A DNA stretch of 64,000 bases from Cyanobacteria bacterium P01_D01_bin.156 (GTDB lineage Bacteria; Cyanobacteriota; Cyanobacteriia; Phormidesmidales; Phormidesmidaceae), in assembly GCA_039024555.1 (NCBI GenBank), contig JBCCQQ010000019.1, positions 1 through 64,000 of the forward strand, given 5' to 3'. The notes beneath the pieces were generated by a model that saw only the letters and a list, made by a program, of their open reading frames with translations, was not told the origin of the DNA and searched no databases. Position 1 is the stretch's first letter. Every line of letters begins with the position of its first letter. Positions 43,680 through 54,511 of the stretch are shown here, one piece after another. The translations under genes were made by a program, and so were the position numbers.

Positions 43680-43747
43680 TGCATTGTCTGTGTCTGAAGC
43701 TTAGGTACTTTTGTACTTATTTTACTGATGATTTTGGCAAGCTGTCA

Positions 43748-44362
43748 CTAGACTTGCAATACTCCTTTAGAACTGGGAATGGCATGGGCTCGGCGGGGAT
43801 CAATTTCGGTAGCCATGCGCATGGCACGAGCAAAGGCTTTGAAAGTGGCTTCGATAATGTGGTGGGAATTAATGCCATCCAGCTGTCGAATATGCAGGGT
43901 CATCAGACTGTGATGGACAATGGCCATGAAAAATTCGCGCACGAGCTGGGTATCGTAAGTCCCAACACGCTGCGTGGGAATAGTGAGACCGTAGGCCAGG
44001 TAGGGGCGACCGGAAAAATCCAGGGAGACTTGGACTAGAGATTCGTCAAGGGGAGCAATAAAGTGACCAAATCGAACGATCCCCTTACGATTGCCAAGGG
44101 CCTGATGCAGGGCCATACCCAGGGTGATGCCAACATCTTCATTGGTGTGATGATCATCGATTTCGAGATCGCCCGTAGCTTGGATGTCTACATCAAATAG
44201 ACCGTGGGAGGCGATTTGATGAAGCATGTGGTCGAGGAAAGGAATACCGGTGTTGGCGTTACACTGACCGGTGCCATCGACGTTGAGGGTGACGGTGACG
44301 TCAGTTTCTTTGGTGGTGCGAGTGACGGTGGCGGTACGGGTGGGGAATTCGAGATTTTGCAT
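43748..44362 (-). CDS. hisB: Imidazoleglycerol-phosphate dehydratase
   Basis: [48 protein letters not shown]. Confidence 0.96.
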   Translation of the reverse strand: MQNLEFPTRTATVTRTTKETDVTVTLNVDGTGQCNANTGIPFLDHMLHQIASHGLFDVDIQATGDLEIDDHHTNEDVGITLGMALHQALGNRKGIVRFGHFIAPLDESLVQVSLDFSGRPYLAYGLTIPTQRVGTYDTQLVREFFMAIVHHSLMTLHIRQLDGINSHHIIEATFKAFARAMRMATEIDPRRAHAIPSSKGVLQV

Positions 44363-44444
44363 GGGGTTTTGAGTTGAAACTGGCCTAAACAAAATTATGC
44401 AGTGTATGGCGCAGCAGGTTGCTTAGAGCTTTACTCCCAATTGT

Positions 44445-44482
44445 CCACTGCCCATATCGGGCAGTGGCTGCAATGCCCCTAC
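44445..44482 (-). repeat. GTAG-type REP-like element with overlapping hairpin between aroB and hisB
   Basis: Minus strand GTAGGGGCATTGCAGCCACTGCCC; hairpin CCACTGCCC-atatc-GGGCAGTGG. Confidence 0.55.
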
Positions 44483-44494
44483 TGCCCGACTCGT

Positions 44495-45589
44495 TTACAA
44501 CATTTCTTGCAATACACCACGGATAATATCGTCGGTGACTTGGTCGGTTACGCAGGCTTCGCCGATGCGTTTGGGTAGGACAAAGCGAACTTTGCCGGAT
44601 TTTACTTTTTTGTCGCTACGCAGAGCAGTGAGGATATCGTCAATGTTGATGTCCTTGGGGAGTTTGGTGGGCAGGTTTGTCTTTTGGATAATGGCAAGCT
44701 GGCGATCGGTGGCGGTTTGGGGCCAGAGGTCCATGGTGGTTGCGATCGCACCTGCAGCGACCATACCAATCCCCACGGCCTCACCATGATTAATTAGCTT
44801 GTAGCCCGTTAAGCTTTCCACAGCATGACCAATGGTATGACCATAGTTAAGGATGGCCCTGAGTCCAGCTTCCTTTTCATCTTGACTAACAACATCAGCT
44901 TTAGCCTGGCAAGAATACGTAAGAATATTGTGGAGCAATGCTTGCCCCACATAGCGCATCTGATCTAGCCGTTTAGCTTGTTCTAACTGACGAAACAGGT
45001 CATCATTCCAAATAATCCCGTACTTAATGACCTCTGCCATACCAGAACGGAATTCCCGCCCAGGCAGAGTAGCAAGCACACTGGGATCAATGAGGACTAA
45101 ACTCGGCTGGTGAAACGCACCAATTAGATTTTTGCCATGGGGATGATTCACACCGGTTTTACCCCCCATCGAAGCATCCACCATCGCCAATAAGGACGTG
45201 GGCACTTGCACAACAGCAATACCTCGCAGCCAGGTCGCGGCTGCAAACCCAGTCATATCGCCAATGACACCGCCACCTAGGGCGACCATTGTAGAACTAC
45301 GCTCCAGGTGGTTAGCAAAGGCGACATCATGGATTTTTTCAATCGAGCGAAGGGTTTTATAGCGCTCCCCGGCAGGCAAAATACACTGGCATACTTCAAA
45401 CCCAGCTGCGGATAAAGACTGTACCACAGCTTCACCATAATGCTTGAAAACCACTGGGTTTGAAACCAGCAATACCTTGCCACGCTTGCCAGTAGCAGAT
45501 AGCCAAGGTCCTAGGTATTGCAACCCGTCAGTAGCAATTTTGATGTCGTATTGAACTTGGGGTAATTCGACGGGAATAACGGTCTTCAT
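44495..45589 (-). CDS. aroB: 3-dehydroquinate synthase
   Basis: [48 protein letters not shown]. Confidence 0.96.
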   Translation of the reverse strand: MKTVIPVELPQVQYDIKIATDGLQYLGPWLSATGKRGKVLLVSNPVVFKHYGEAVVQSLSAAGFEVCQCILPAGERYKTLRSIEKIHDVAFANHLERSSTMVALGGGVIGDMTGFAAATWLRGIAVVQVPTSLLAMVDASMGGKTGVNHPHGKNLIGAFHQPSLVLIDPSVLATLPGREFRSGMAEVIKYGIIWNDDLFRQLEQAKRLDQMRYVGQALLHNILTYSCQAKADVVSQDEKEAGLRAILNYGHTIGHAVESLTGYKLINHGEAVGIGMVAAGAIATTMDLWPQTATDRQLAIIQKTNLPTKLPKDINIDDILTALRSDKKVKSGKVRFVLPKRIGEACVTDQVTDDIIRGVLQEML

Positions 45590-45727
45590 GAAAGAGCGGC
45601 AGAGTTTACTCAACTATCCTACTGTTCTGGGTCATACAACACCTGTACTCTAGCTAAGGAAGAGTTCGAATGGCTGTTACTGCTGCTCAAATACGCTCTC
45701 AGAAAAATTTGCCTCGCTGCAGCTCCG

Positions 45728-46204
45728 TTATGTTTTATCCAATTGGTTGAATACCTGAAAAATTTGTCGACAACACAATTTAATTTTTTCACCTTCATTG
45801 AACTTGGGAGGAGCAGTACCTTCAAACTGCCAGTTATTAATTGTCGAAAGATGCCATTGCTCACCTACATGGTTAAACCCAACGACTTCTACACCAACGG
45901 CCCTAACAGTATCAGCCCTTTCAGCGTCATTAGGCATCGCATGTAGGCGAATTTGAACCAATAAACTTCGACAGTTAAAAGAACGGCTAAAACCAGGAAA
46001 ATGAAACCCAATATCAATGGAATCGGGATCAATTAGATTTCGGGTATCGGGATCGTTAGCCCAAGGCTTAAGGTCAGAGCGTAAATCAGGCAGTTGACCT
46101 TTGAATGCTCCGACCGTAGCGGCAATTTTACTGGCGTACTCAATACTAAGTGCTTGTTCTGCTGCGTTCACACCTACAATCCAAGGAGAGCGTGGAAAAT
46201 CCAC
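45728..46204 (-). CDS. Conserved cyanobacterial hypothetical protein
   Basis: DLKPWANDPDT..IDPDSIDIGFHFPG; true start may be at VNAAEQA. Confidence 0.75.
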   Translation of the reverse strand: MDFPRSPWIVGVNAAEQALSIEYASKIAATVGAFKGQLPDLRSDLKPWANDPDTRNLIDPDSIDIGFHFPGFSRSFNCRSLLVQIRLHAMPNDAERADTVRAVGVEVVGFNHVGEQWHLSTINNWQFEGTAPPKFNEGEKIKLCCRQIFQVFNQLDKT

Positions 46205-46440
46205 CTACCACCATAAGACAACGTCTTTAACGATTCGCTAAAGGCGCATAGTCCTATCAAGTAGGTAAATTGAGAATACTACCTAAAAAATAAATTAGCC
46301 TTAGTAGATAAACTGTAGCTGATTAAACGAACTGCTAGAGGATAATCACCTTTAAAGGATTCCAGAGTTTGATATTGAACTCTAAAGACTCTGCCTCCCC
46401 AAAACAGCAGACCTTAGTCAGGTGATTAACACTGGCTACA

Positions 46441-47013
46441 CTAAATTGTCTGGCTGTAGTGGGCCTGGCAAGTGCCCAGCATGCGCATATCGTTATCACT
46501 AACACCGTCAATCTGATGAAACCCTTCGATCTCAAATTGTTGACCGCCAGGTCCAGCAACAGCAGTATCATCTAGATCAAGCGCGTAGGGATAGATTTCC
46601 TGAGAATACGTCTCAGTAATTGCTAGGGACAGTTGGGTGTTTTGCACATCCCCACGAAAACAGTCAAAGGAAGAATGAGGCGCATAAAAAGCACCCACTA
46701 CTTGACCAGCACGGGCTTCAAAAATCATGTAGGCCGTTTGTAACTGATCGGGCAGCGGCTTTTCTCCAAAAAGGTAAATGCCATCTACTAAAGCATTTGA
46801 CGTAACAGATGCAGTTTGAGCTAGCAAAGGCTGAATAGCAGCAACATTAGCTACCCCGGAAGTCACGGGTTCAGCTCCAGCCAACTGGGCGTTAAGCAAC
46901 GTGACAGTTCCTATCAACAACGCGGCTGTATGGCCTGCATACTGGATTAAACGTTGTGGCACGTGCTGACCAGCCTTGTAATTTCGAATAACGCTTAGAA
47001 CTCCCATAACCAC
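46441..47013 (-). CDS. Exported hypothetical protein
   Basis: Hydrophobic leader; DGIYLFG, YMIFE, GAFYAPHSSFDCF. Confidence 0.7.
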   Translation of the reverse strand: MVMGVLSVIRNYKAGQHVPQRLIQYAGHTAALLIGTVTLLNAQLAGAEPVTSGVANVAAIQPLLAQTASVTSNALVDGIYLFGEKPLPDQLQTAYMIFEARAGQVVGAFYAPHSSFDCFRGDVQNTQLSLAITETYSQEIYPYALDLDDTAVAGPGGQQFEIEGFHQIDGVSDNDMRMLGTCQAHYSQTI

Positions 47014-47638
47014 AAGCCTCGCTGCTGCAATATTGTTTTACTTTAGAATCGCGCTAACTGACCCTTGAACATCACCTGAAACAACCTTTATGCAATTACT
47101 TTACGTGAGAAGTCTCCCCGTAAACCGATTCAGCATTGTTCCTTTAATATCTCTTTAACGACATCAGCTGTCCCAGGTGGTGTACCTACAGCTATGATTT
47201 CCCACAATGCCTAGGAGTTGAATTCCGCATAGGCGACTTTGGCAACTGGCATAGGGACGTGAGTTACCAAACTGCGTTTCTCAACATTGCCAATGCTATG
47301 GAACGATCGACTACTCCCATTAACATGCAGAATCTGACACCTCAAAATATCCTGAGGATTCACAGCATCCAGATTTTTTTTAACAGCAGACGTTCCTAAA
47401 AACAGCACCACCCGATAATTTTTCAATTGGCTGTCGCCAAGCGTGCTGGGAAAAGAGGTAGTCTATTATAGATAATTTGTAAGCGTAGATTTTCAGCGTA
47501 GTTTATCTGCTTATCGCGTGTAGCTAGTATTTTTTGTTGTACATTACCCGAGGCGAGTCTTGGGCTCTAAGCCAATGATTACGTCAGGCACCCCATCATT
47601 GGCTGTTCCATCGCTGAGCAGGAGTAAAACGTTCACCT

Positions 47639-48790
47639 ATGCCATCCCTTGAAGTGCCGCTGAAGCTCCTGTTGTTTATTGATAAGCGGCCAAGTTCTGC
47701 TGAGCAGGTACGTCAAATTCGTCAGCATGTCGAAGGTTTAGAGGGTGCGATCACACCTGTCCTAGAAGTGGTGGACGTTAGTGAGCAGCCCTATCTAGCC
47801 GAGCACTTTAAGCTTGTCGTCACACCTACCTTAATCAAAATTTCGACGGCAGGTCGTCAAACGTTGACGGGCAGTGACATCATTTCTCAAATTGATTATT
47901 GGTGGTCTCGCTGGCAAGCAGAGACAGCCGATGAAAGTTCGGTCATCCTAGCCCAAGAAGTAGACCGTACGTCAATTTCACAATCAACGGAAATCATTCA
48001 CCTGTCGGATGAGATCTTTCGTTTGAAACAGCTGAATGCCGAAAGCAATGCCAAGCTCGAATTCAAAGATCGTATTATTGCCATGCTGGCCCATGATTTG
48101 CGCAATCCACTGACAGCGGCATCCATTGCAATTGAAACCTTAGAAATGGGCTACGACCCAAACAAAGAGCGTCGTTCTAAATTTCGCCCTGAGCTCACCG
48201 TTCAATTACTGCGTAATGCTAGAACGCAAATTCGGTCCATTGATCGCATGATTACCGATATTTTGCAGGCAGCTCATGGTCCTAGTGTTGATTTACAGAT
48301 TTTTCCTCGGGAATTAAATTTGCTGGACCTGTGCTACGAAGTAAGAGAAGCCATGCTTTCTAAGGTCAAAAACAAAGAACAGCAGCTGCATATTGAAATT
48401 CCTCAAGACCTGCCTCAAGTCCATGCCGATCCTAATCAGGTTCGACGTGTGATTACCAATCTTTTAGATAATGCGGTGAAATACACACCTACAGGCGGGG
48501 AAGTCATGATTACAGCCTTGCATCGAACAACTCAAAAGGTGCAAGTGAGCATCCAGGATACCGGACCGGGCATTCCTGCCGATAAACAAGCTCGAATTTT
48601 TGAAGAGAGTTTTCGCCTGAAGCGAGACCAGTCTCAAGATGGCTATGGTCTGGGATTAGCGCTGTGTTTACGCATTGTCCGAGCCCACTATGGACAGATT
48701 TGGGTAGATTCAGCACCGACAGAGGGAAGTACTTTCCACTTCACATTACCGGTTTACAAGCAATCTAACCGTCAACAATCGGTTACCTAG
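47639..48790 (+). CDS. sasA: Circadian output sensor kinase SasA
   Basis: KaiB-like N-terminus (LLLFIDKRP, EQPYLAEHFKLVVTPTLIK); AHDLRNPLTA; HRTTQKVQVS. Confidence 0.95.
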   Translation: MPSLEVPLKLLLFIDKRPSSAEQVRQIRQHVEGLEGAITPVLEVVDVSEQPYLAEHFKLVVTPTLIKISTAGRQTLTGSDIISQIDYWWSRWQAETADESSVILAQEVDRTSISQSTEIIHLSDEIFRLKQLNAESNAKLEFKDRIIAMLAHDLRNPLTAASIAIETLEMGYDPNKERRSKFRPELTVQLLRNARTQIRSIDRMITDILQAAHGPSVDLQIFPRELNLLDLCYEVREAMLSKVKNKEQQLHIEIPQDLPQVHADPNQVRRVITNLLDNAVKYTPTGGEVMITALHRTTQKVQVSIQDTGPGIPADKQARIFEESFRLKRDQSQDGYGLGLALCLRIVRAHYGQIWVDSAPTEGSTFHFTLPVYKQSNRQQSVT

Positions 48791-48822
48791 GAATAGTTGG
48801 AACACTTGAATCGACGTTTGAA

Positions 48823-49491
48823 TTAACTGTCAGGCAACTGTAAGCGTGCCTTGAGATTTGCTAATTCTGTATCAACTGGAGATTTACCAGATTCTAAAGC
48901 TAAAAATTCTGTTTCTAGGGAATCTTGACTAAGCTGACTAAGCTCGGCCGCTGCTGCTGCTGTAGCTTCCATAGAGAGAATTTTGTCTTCAGCCTGGTCA
49001 AAGGTTACTCCATTCATCTGGGTGAGCATCTCGTTTAGCTTTTGACTAGCCCTAGCCGAACGAGCACGAGCAATATACATATCTTTTTGAGTACGCGCTT
49101 GGCCAACTTTGGCTTCTAAATTTCGCAGGTTTGTTTTGAGAGTTTGGATGCGAATGTGTTGTTCTTGTAGCTGACTTTCTATGGAATGAGCTGTTTCTAG
49201 ATAGATCTGACGGCGGCTTAAGGCTTCACGCGCCATCGCTTCATTACCTTTAGATAAGGCACTTTGGGCACGATTATAAAATTCTTGGGCTTGACTATGG
49301 GCTTGACCATATTGATGTTCACTGCGTTTTTGAGTCGCCACGGCCACGGCCACGGCTTGTCGCAGCTGCAGTAAATTTGCCTGCATATCCGCCGTGGTTT
49401 GCTCTAAAACCTTTTCTGGCTCTTCGCTTCCATTCAGAGCTTCATTAAGGCCAGCGCGTACACCCCGCAAGAATCGATTTAGCAATCCCAT
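48823..49491 (-). CDS. pspA: PspA/IM30 family protein (no Vipp1-type C-terminal tail)
   Basis: MGLLNRF, EEPEKVLEQ, AREALSRR, KDMYIARARSARAS, VDTELANLKARL. Confidence 0.8.
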   Translation of the reverse strand: MGLLNRFLRGVRAGLNEALNGSEEPEKVLEQTTADMQANLLQLRQAVAVAVATQKRSEHQYGQAHSQAQEFYNRAQSALSKGNEAMAREALSRRQIYLETAHSIESQLQEQHIRIQTLKTNLRNLEAKVGQARTQKDMYIARARSARASQKLNEMLTQMNGVTFDQAEDKILSMEATAAAAAELSQLSQDSLETEFLALESGKSPVDTELANLKARLQLPDS

Positions 49492-49570
49492 AGGCTTTGA
49501 TTTGACTCACACAGTTATGAATATCATGCTTGCGAAACATGACACTCGCTGTGCTTAGCATAGCAGGGGA

Positions 49571-50851
49571 TTATTCGGTCGTTGGGCCAAAAAGTTCAAC
49601 CGTCATACCTTGCTGGGTCAAAGCAGCAACCTGATCTTCTGCTTGAGCTCGATTATCAAATGCAGCTAACTGAATTCGTGCTCCGGCTTTGAAGTTTCGG
49701 ATAAATGCATCTGGCACAAATTCTCGAGCTTTGTTGAGAGAGGCATCGCCTGTATAGCTAGTTACCACGTAAAAATTGGGGCCGGTAGCGACAGGAGCTG
49801 GAACAGGTGCCGATGTAGGGGAATCTCCAGAGGGTGCCTCCCCGGCAGGCACGGGGGTCACGGGTGTTGATGGGGCCTCAGCAGTAACCGTCGTATTCGG
49901 CGCTGATGTGGCTGGAGATGTTGTATTTGGTTGAGGCAGTGGGGATTGGGCGGGATTAGACAGTGGCGGCACAGGAGCCGTAGGTGTGGCTCCATCCACA
50001 TCTAGCGTGCTGAGACTTTCCAGATCTAACTCAACAAATTCTCGTTGGGAAAGATCAGGGCCAGGGGGCTTGTAGTTGCCAGTATCTGATGCAGGTGGTG
50101 GTTCCGGATCAGGGGATTCCTGCGGGATGCTCTCTGTTGTCGCTTCTGCTGGCTCCTCTGAAGAAGTGACAGCATCGGGACTAGTGTCACCGGGGAAAAG
50201 CTGCGATCGCAACTTCTGCACCTGAGATGGATACGTGATAGCAAATCCTACACCTACCCCCGCCAAAAGCACTAAGACGAGTCCCGCCAGCTTTAACAGA
50301 CTGTTATTTTTACGATCAGGCGAGTAGGGTTCAGGCAACGATTCTGGGTCTGCTTGCTCATCAGCCAGACTTTTTAATAGCTCTTCCGACGATTCCAAAT
50401 AATCATCGGGAGCAGCTTCTGACGTATGGACAGGCAATGACGTATCGCCGAGGACCTCGTCTTCATAGGCAGACGTTTCCAGCTCCTGTTGCGGCGGCTC
50501 TGTCAGTGCAGCTAGATCGGGCAAATCCACATCTGTGTCGTCTACGGACTGCCCTTTAAGAAATGGGTTAGGGGGTGGAGGCGGTGGCACTGGAGAGGCG
50601 GATGGAGGACTGCTAGTCGCAGGCTCACTGGGAGTAGCTGACACTGAAATCAGATCAATAGTTTGTCGCTGAGCTTTACGACGGGGCGGCGGCGGCGGCG
50701 GTACTCGCCCATGACGCTGACGACGATAGCGAGTCAGCTCATCTTCAAGGTTGACATTAAGATTTTGTAGAACGCTCTCTAGCTGGGGAGCAACCGCATT
50801 ATCAGGATTCGCCCCGGCGGGAGCAGGTGATTTGTCTTGAGAAGAAGCCAT
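49571..50851 (-). CDS. Single-pass membrane protein with Pro-rich linkers and C-terminal SPOR-like domain
   Basis: LEDELTRYRR N-terminal motif, one TM helix, C-terminal AREFVPDAFIR..IQLAAF. Confidence 0.7.
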   Translation of the reverse strand: MASSQDKSPAPAGANPDNAVAPQLESVLQNLNVNLEDELTRYRRQRHGRVPPPPPPRRKAQRQTIDLISVSATPSEPATSSPPSASPVPPPPPPNPFLKGQSVDDTDVDLPDLAALTEPPQQELETSAYEDEVLGDTSLPVHTSEAAPDDYLESSEELLKSLADEQADPESLPEPYSPDRKNNSLLKLAGLVLVLLAGVGVGFAITYPSQVQKLRSQLFPGDTSPDAVTSSEEPAEATTESIPQESPDPEPPPASDTGNYKPPGPDLSQREFVELDLESLSTLDVDGATPTAPVPPLSNPAQSPLPQPNTTSPATSAPNTTVTAEAPSTPVTPVPAGEAPSGDSPTSAPVPAPVATGPNFYVVTSYTGDASLNKAREFVPDAFIRNFKAGARIQLAAFDNRAQAEDQVAALTQQGMTVELFGPTTE

Positions 50852-50990
50852 GGGGCACAGCTAGAATTAACAATCGACAGATGGCAATGGTGCATCGGTA
50901 GACCATACGTTAGCACGTTAGCCGGAAAACGTTGCAGATAGCGGTGTTTTCCAAAATTTTAACGACAGACCGTATCTATTAGGAGTCGCC

Positions 50991-51542
50991 ATGGGGTTTT
51001 CTGGACTGCGATCTCTCATTAACGACATGGAAACCCAGCCCAGCTGGCAAACGCGACGGCACTTTCGTCAAGTCGTGGACTATTGGCCCAAGGCCGTGGG
51101 CTACGTAGTCGCACGCCAAACTAAGCCCATCAGCATTCAGCGCCACATCCTTTATGTTGACGTCGCGAACGCATCTTGGACACAAACCCTCACCTTAGAG
51201 CGTCGACGCATTTTGCATAAACTCAATCAGCTTCTAGACATGCCATTAAACGACATTCGCTTCTCTAGCGCCCAATGGCATCGAAAACCTATCCCCCAGA
51301 AACCCATCAGCGATTGGCTCAAAACCCATCCCAGCTACGTGAACACCTCAGGTGCTGAGAGGTCACTAACAGAGCCAACAACTTCAACGACTCCAGAAGA
51401 GGCTTACAGCGCTTGGGCATCGCTCAAACAAGCCCAACAAAAGCATCAAGAGCGATGCCCTGAGTGCGAGTGCTTTTGCCCACCTGGGGAACTAGCACGA
51501 TGGGAAATGTGCGCCCTCTGCATCATTAAGAAATGGAAATAA
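50991..51542 (+). CDS. DUF721/DciA family protein with C-terminal Zn-binding Cys motif
   Basis: WPKAVG..VARQTKP..LYVDVANASWTQTL; CPECECFC...CALC. Confidence 0.82.
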   Translation: MGFSGLRSLINDMETQPSWQTRRHFRQVVDYWPKAVGYVVARQTKPISIQRHILYVDVANASWTQTLTLERRRILHKLNQLLDMPLNDIRFSSAQWHRKPIPQKPISDWLKTHPSYVNTSGAERSLTEPTTSTTPEEAYSAWASLKQAQQKHQERCPECECFCPPGELARWEMCALCIIKKWK

Positions 51543-52000
51543 ATACAAAAATAATTGTTAATAACGACTTACAAAAATAAATAAAACCACCAGAAAGCGC
51601 CGTAATCTCACGTAAAAAAATACAAGATTTATCGAATAGTTTTGCCTATCCACCATTAGAAATCCACCGCAAAAATTAGTAGAGATAGCCTGCAGCAGTA
51701 AAGAATCAAAAAGTCTTGATAGAAAGTATTTTTTCTTGTTTAAGCTGCCGTAGTTCCACGGAAATCACCTGATTCAAAGCCGGGGATCGCCTTTTTGAGA
51801 GTGATCCCCGATTCTTTTAAGAGCATCAATTTGCTTGAATAAAATCTAAAGAAAACCTTAACCGGGATCGCTCCCCTAATTAACTTCTGATGCCCGATGT
51901 ATCAAGCTTTTAACATTTTTGAAATGGCCCAGCTTCGCCAGACCTTGGTTCACAATAATGAGAAGAAAGGCTTTCAGTTACTCTTTCATTAAAGACTTTT

Positions 52001-52291
52001 ATGAGTATTAAAAAAAGTGAAATTATTAAATGCGGTGCTTGCCGATTTTATACACCCGTTGGGCGACGGGGCGGCGACTGTTCACAACTATCAGTGCCAG
52101 TTCAATCTGGGTGGAAAACTTGCTGTCTCGCTCAATCTCCCTTTGAATCAGTTCCAGAAATAACGGCCCCGGACCGCCAACTCGTCGTCCTTGATGCCCA
52201 GGAAGTACTGGAATCTCTGCCCGTCACACCCAGACCGTTTTTAGAACCGATTGCAGAGCCTGACTTCACTACTGCTAAAGTTAGTGCCTAA
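52001..52291 (+). CDS. Small Cys-containing hypothetical protein
   Basis: CGACRFYTPVGRRGGDCSQL.VPV..WKTC. Confidence 0.7.
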   Translation: MSIKKSEIIKCGACRFYTPVGRRGGDCSQLSVPVQSGWKTCCLAQSPFESVPEITAPDRQLVVLDAQEVLESLPVTPRPFLEPIAEPDFTTAKVSA

Positions 52292-52311
52292 TAACAACTG
52301 AGTATTTAAAG

Positions 52312-52355
52312 TTAGATGCAAGTGCCGCGACGTAACCCGCGGCACTTGCATCTAA
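52312..52355. repeat. Perfect 18-bp inverted repeat
   Basis: TTAGATGCAAGTGCCGCG-acgtaacc-CGCGGCACTTGCATCTAA. Confidence 0.9.
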
Positions 52356-52365
52356 ATGAAAGCAG

Positions 52366-52402
52366 AACGTAAGGCAGGGGCTAGACCTACCTTACGTTTT
52401 TT
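52366..52402 (+). terminator. Intrinsic terminator
   Basis: AACGTAAGG..CCTTACGTT followed by a T-tract. Confidence 0.65.
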
Positions 52403-52479
52403 ATAGGTCGGCAGCCCCAGAATGGGTTCTATCTAGATCCATAGATAATTGATTGTTTATCCTCCCCATTAAAACAACA

Positions 52480-52821
52480 CTAACGATTGCAACCTTCTGC
52501 CAGAATTTCTCCCTGGCCATCTAGTGCAGTTAAAGCTTCACTCCTGGCGCGCACAGAGGTAGAGGCTACCCCCCAAGCAAGGCTGCGATTATGCTCTGCC
52601 ACTGCACCACAGCCTCGGAAAGATACCCGAATAGTGCAGTTGACATCACCACAGCTACGAAGAGCTTCACGTTCAGCACTACTAACCGACAGATAATTAG
52701 TGGCCACTCCCCAGTCACCGGAACGGGAAATAGCGATCGCACCATATCGCTGAGCAGCTTGGACTTGGGTCGCCAGAAAAGTACTCAACAACAGTAAACT
52801 CAGAATCGTAGGCTTCACCAT
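52480..52821 (-). CDS. DUF4189 domain secreted protein
   Basis: Signal peptide; YGAIAIS, AEREALRSC..C, CGAVA; start placed at MVKPT. Confidence 0.82.
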   Translation of the reverse strand: MVKPTILSLLLLSTFLATQVQAAQRYGAIAISRSGDWGVATNYLSVSSAEREALRSCGDVNCTIRVSFRGCGAVAEHNRSLAWGVASTSVRARSEALTALDGQGEILAEGCNR

Positions 52822-53036
52822 GTAATTGCCAAACACAAAACAAAAGGAACAACTCCGGCAAATGTCCACTAAAAAGAACACTTGCCTGGACCTTGTGACA
52901 CAAGATCTTGGGGATACCCGCTGTTTTAACTAACAAATCGAGAGAAATACTCAAACCTGTGACAGCTTTGCTAGCTTGCACAGAGCAGCTCTACGTAACA
53001 ACAGCTAGTCCGAGTTTAATCAGACTTAGCTAAGTA

Positions 53037-53063
53037 GAATTCGGAGTTCGGAACTCCGAATTC
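53037..53063. repeat. Perfect 12-bp-arm palindrome
   Basis: GAATTCGGAGTT-cgg-AACTCCGAATTC. Confidence 0.85.
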
Positions 53064-53086
53064 AGCAAGAGTCCAGATCTCCCACG

Positions 53087-54100
53087 TTAAGTCAAATCAT
53101 CTTTCTGATGACTCTCACCGGGGGACATTGTTTTTTCAGTACGGGCGAGGAAGTCAGGCACCAAAACTTCACTAAATCCAGCAATAAATGCGATCGCAAA
53201 GTATAAATACTTTGATTGGGTATCTGCCTCAGTGGGGTTAAAGCCTGAGACAATCACCACTTCCGATTCAATCAGCGCCACCGCTAGTAGGCTAAAGGCC
53301 GTACCCACCACCGGCTTAAAAAAGCCAATAAAAAAGGGAATGACCGACTGGGACCGATTGCGGTTTTCTAGCTTGCGCGATCGCAACATGACACTGACGA
53401 TGCTGCCCAAGCCACCGGCAGCCAGCACCAGTTGAATATATTGCCACTCCTGGGATGAAAACAGCTCCACTTGAGACCCTTGGTTTTCTCCTTCAACAAT
53501 GTTGGTAGAACCAGACGATTCACCTTCCACCACTGCACTAGCCGATTCAGTCTCTTCTAGTTTTTCAGTTTCCAACGGCTGGGCCTGGCGAATGCCGTGC
53601 TGATAGCCAATGTTGTACTGATTGGTTAAAAACATCCGGGCAGCGGTGGTACTGCCAATCAGTAACGTAATCGTAATTGTGAACCAGGTAAGCCCAGAAA
53701 TCAGCTGGGCAGCGGGAGAGCCCCCGGCACTGAGTACAGCCACCAGCGGATTCCGATACATACGAATCTCTCGGGCAATGCGTTTACGGATATCCCGTGC
53801 CAGCGAAACCCGCTCTGCCATAGACATGGCAGGAGACTGATCACTTTTCGGTGCCGCCTCTGTAGGCAATAACAGACTAACCGCCAGCTGCATCATCGGC
53901 ATGAGCATACGGTCATTGGTTAATTCTAAGTGGGGAATTTGTTCTAAGAGTTTGCCTAATTCACGATAGGCCGGTTTAGATAGATGCTCAGACGCTAATC
54001 CCTGTTCAATGCGCTCAATTAATGCGCGCGCGTCTTTACGTATAACAAGATCAATATCATCCATCAGGCCCGATGGTAAGCCCATTGTATGTACAGCCAT
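53087..54100 (-). CDS. Hypothetical multi-pass membrane protein
   Basis: Soluble N-terminus, then TM segments AGGLGSIVSVM, KPVVGTAFSLL, AIAFIAGFSE. Confidence 0.75.
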   Translation of the reverse strand: MAVHTMGLPSGLMDDIDLVIRKDARALIERIEQGLASEHLSKPAYRELGKLLEQIPHLELTNDRMLMPMMQLAVSLLLPTEAAPKSDQSPAMSMAERVSLARDIRKRIAREIRMYRNPLVAVLSAGGSPAAQLISGLTWFTITITLLIGSTTAARMFLTNQYNIGYQHGIRQAQPLETEKLEETESASAVVEGESSGSTNIVEGENQGSQVELFSSQEWQYIQLVLAAGGLGSIVSVMLRSRKLENRNRSQSVIPFFIGFFKPVVGTAFSLLAVALIESEVVIVSGFNPTEADTQSKYLYFAIAFIAGFSEVLVPDFLARTEKTMSPGESHQKDDLT

Positions 54101-54511
54101 GTGCGTGCATCCTGAGGGTAAAAATATTTAATGAAATGAAACGCCGCTGTGAGGAGGACACACCTGATTCAAATGATCGAATGTTGTAGATGACAAGAGA
54201 TAGCACCCAGCGGCAGTATCTAGACCCTAGCGAGCTGTTCATGAAGACAGACTGAAGGGGATCCATTCTTCTAATCGGCACAGACCGCAAGGTCACTCTG
54301 CAGTCCTGACGTATCAGGAATTACCGTATGGATTTGGGACAGTTAGCCAACTGTTTCGCCATGGCTGATTTAAAGAACCAATTCGCTGATATCGCCATAG
54401 AAACGCATTTAATCATCCCTCAGATCGGCAGAGCCACTATTTCTTGTACAACTGATGCGGAAAACTTGAACTATCCAGTGAATTCTTAACTGATTTGATT
54501 TGGAGTTCGGC

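Noticed and set aside
47211..47426. 71-aa ORF divergent from sasA
   Set aside because: TTG start, no RBS and no recognisable motif; cannot be supported, though not excluded.
48823..49491. Calling this gene vipp1
   Set aside because: At 222 aa it lacks the Vipp1 C-terminal extension, so it is more consistent with the PspA paralog.
54311..54324. GTATCAGGAATTAC NtcA-like box
   Set aside because: Only the 6-bp core matches, there is no -10 box at canonical spacing on either strand, and such matches occur by chance several times per window.
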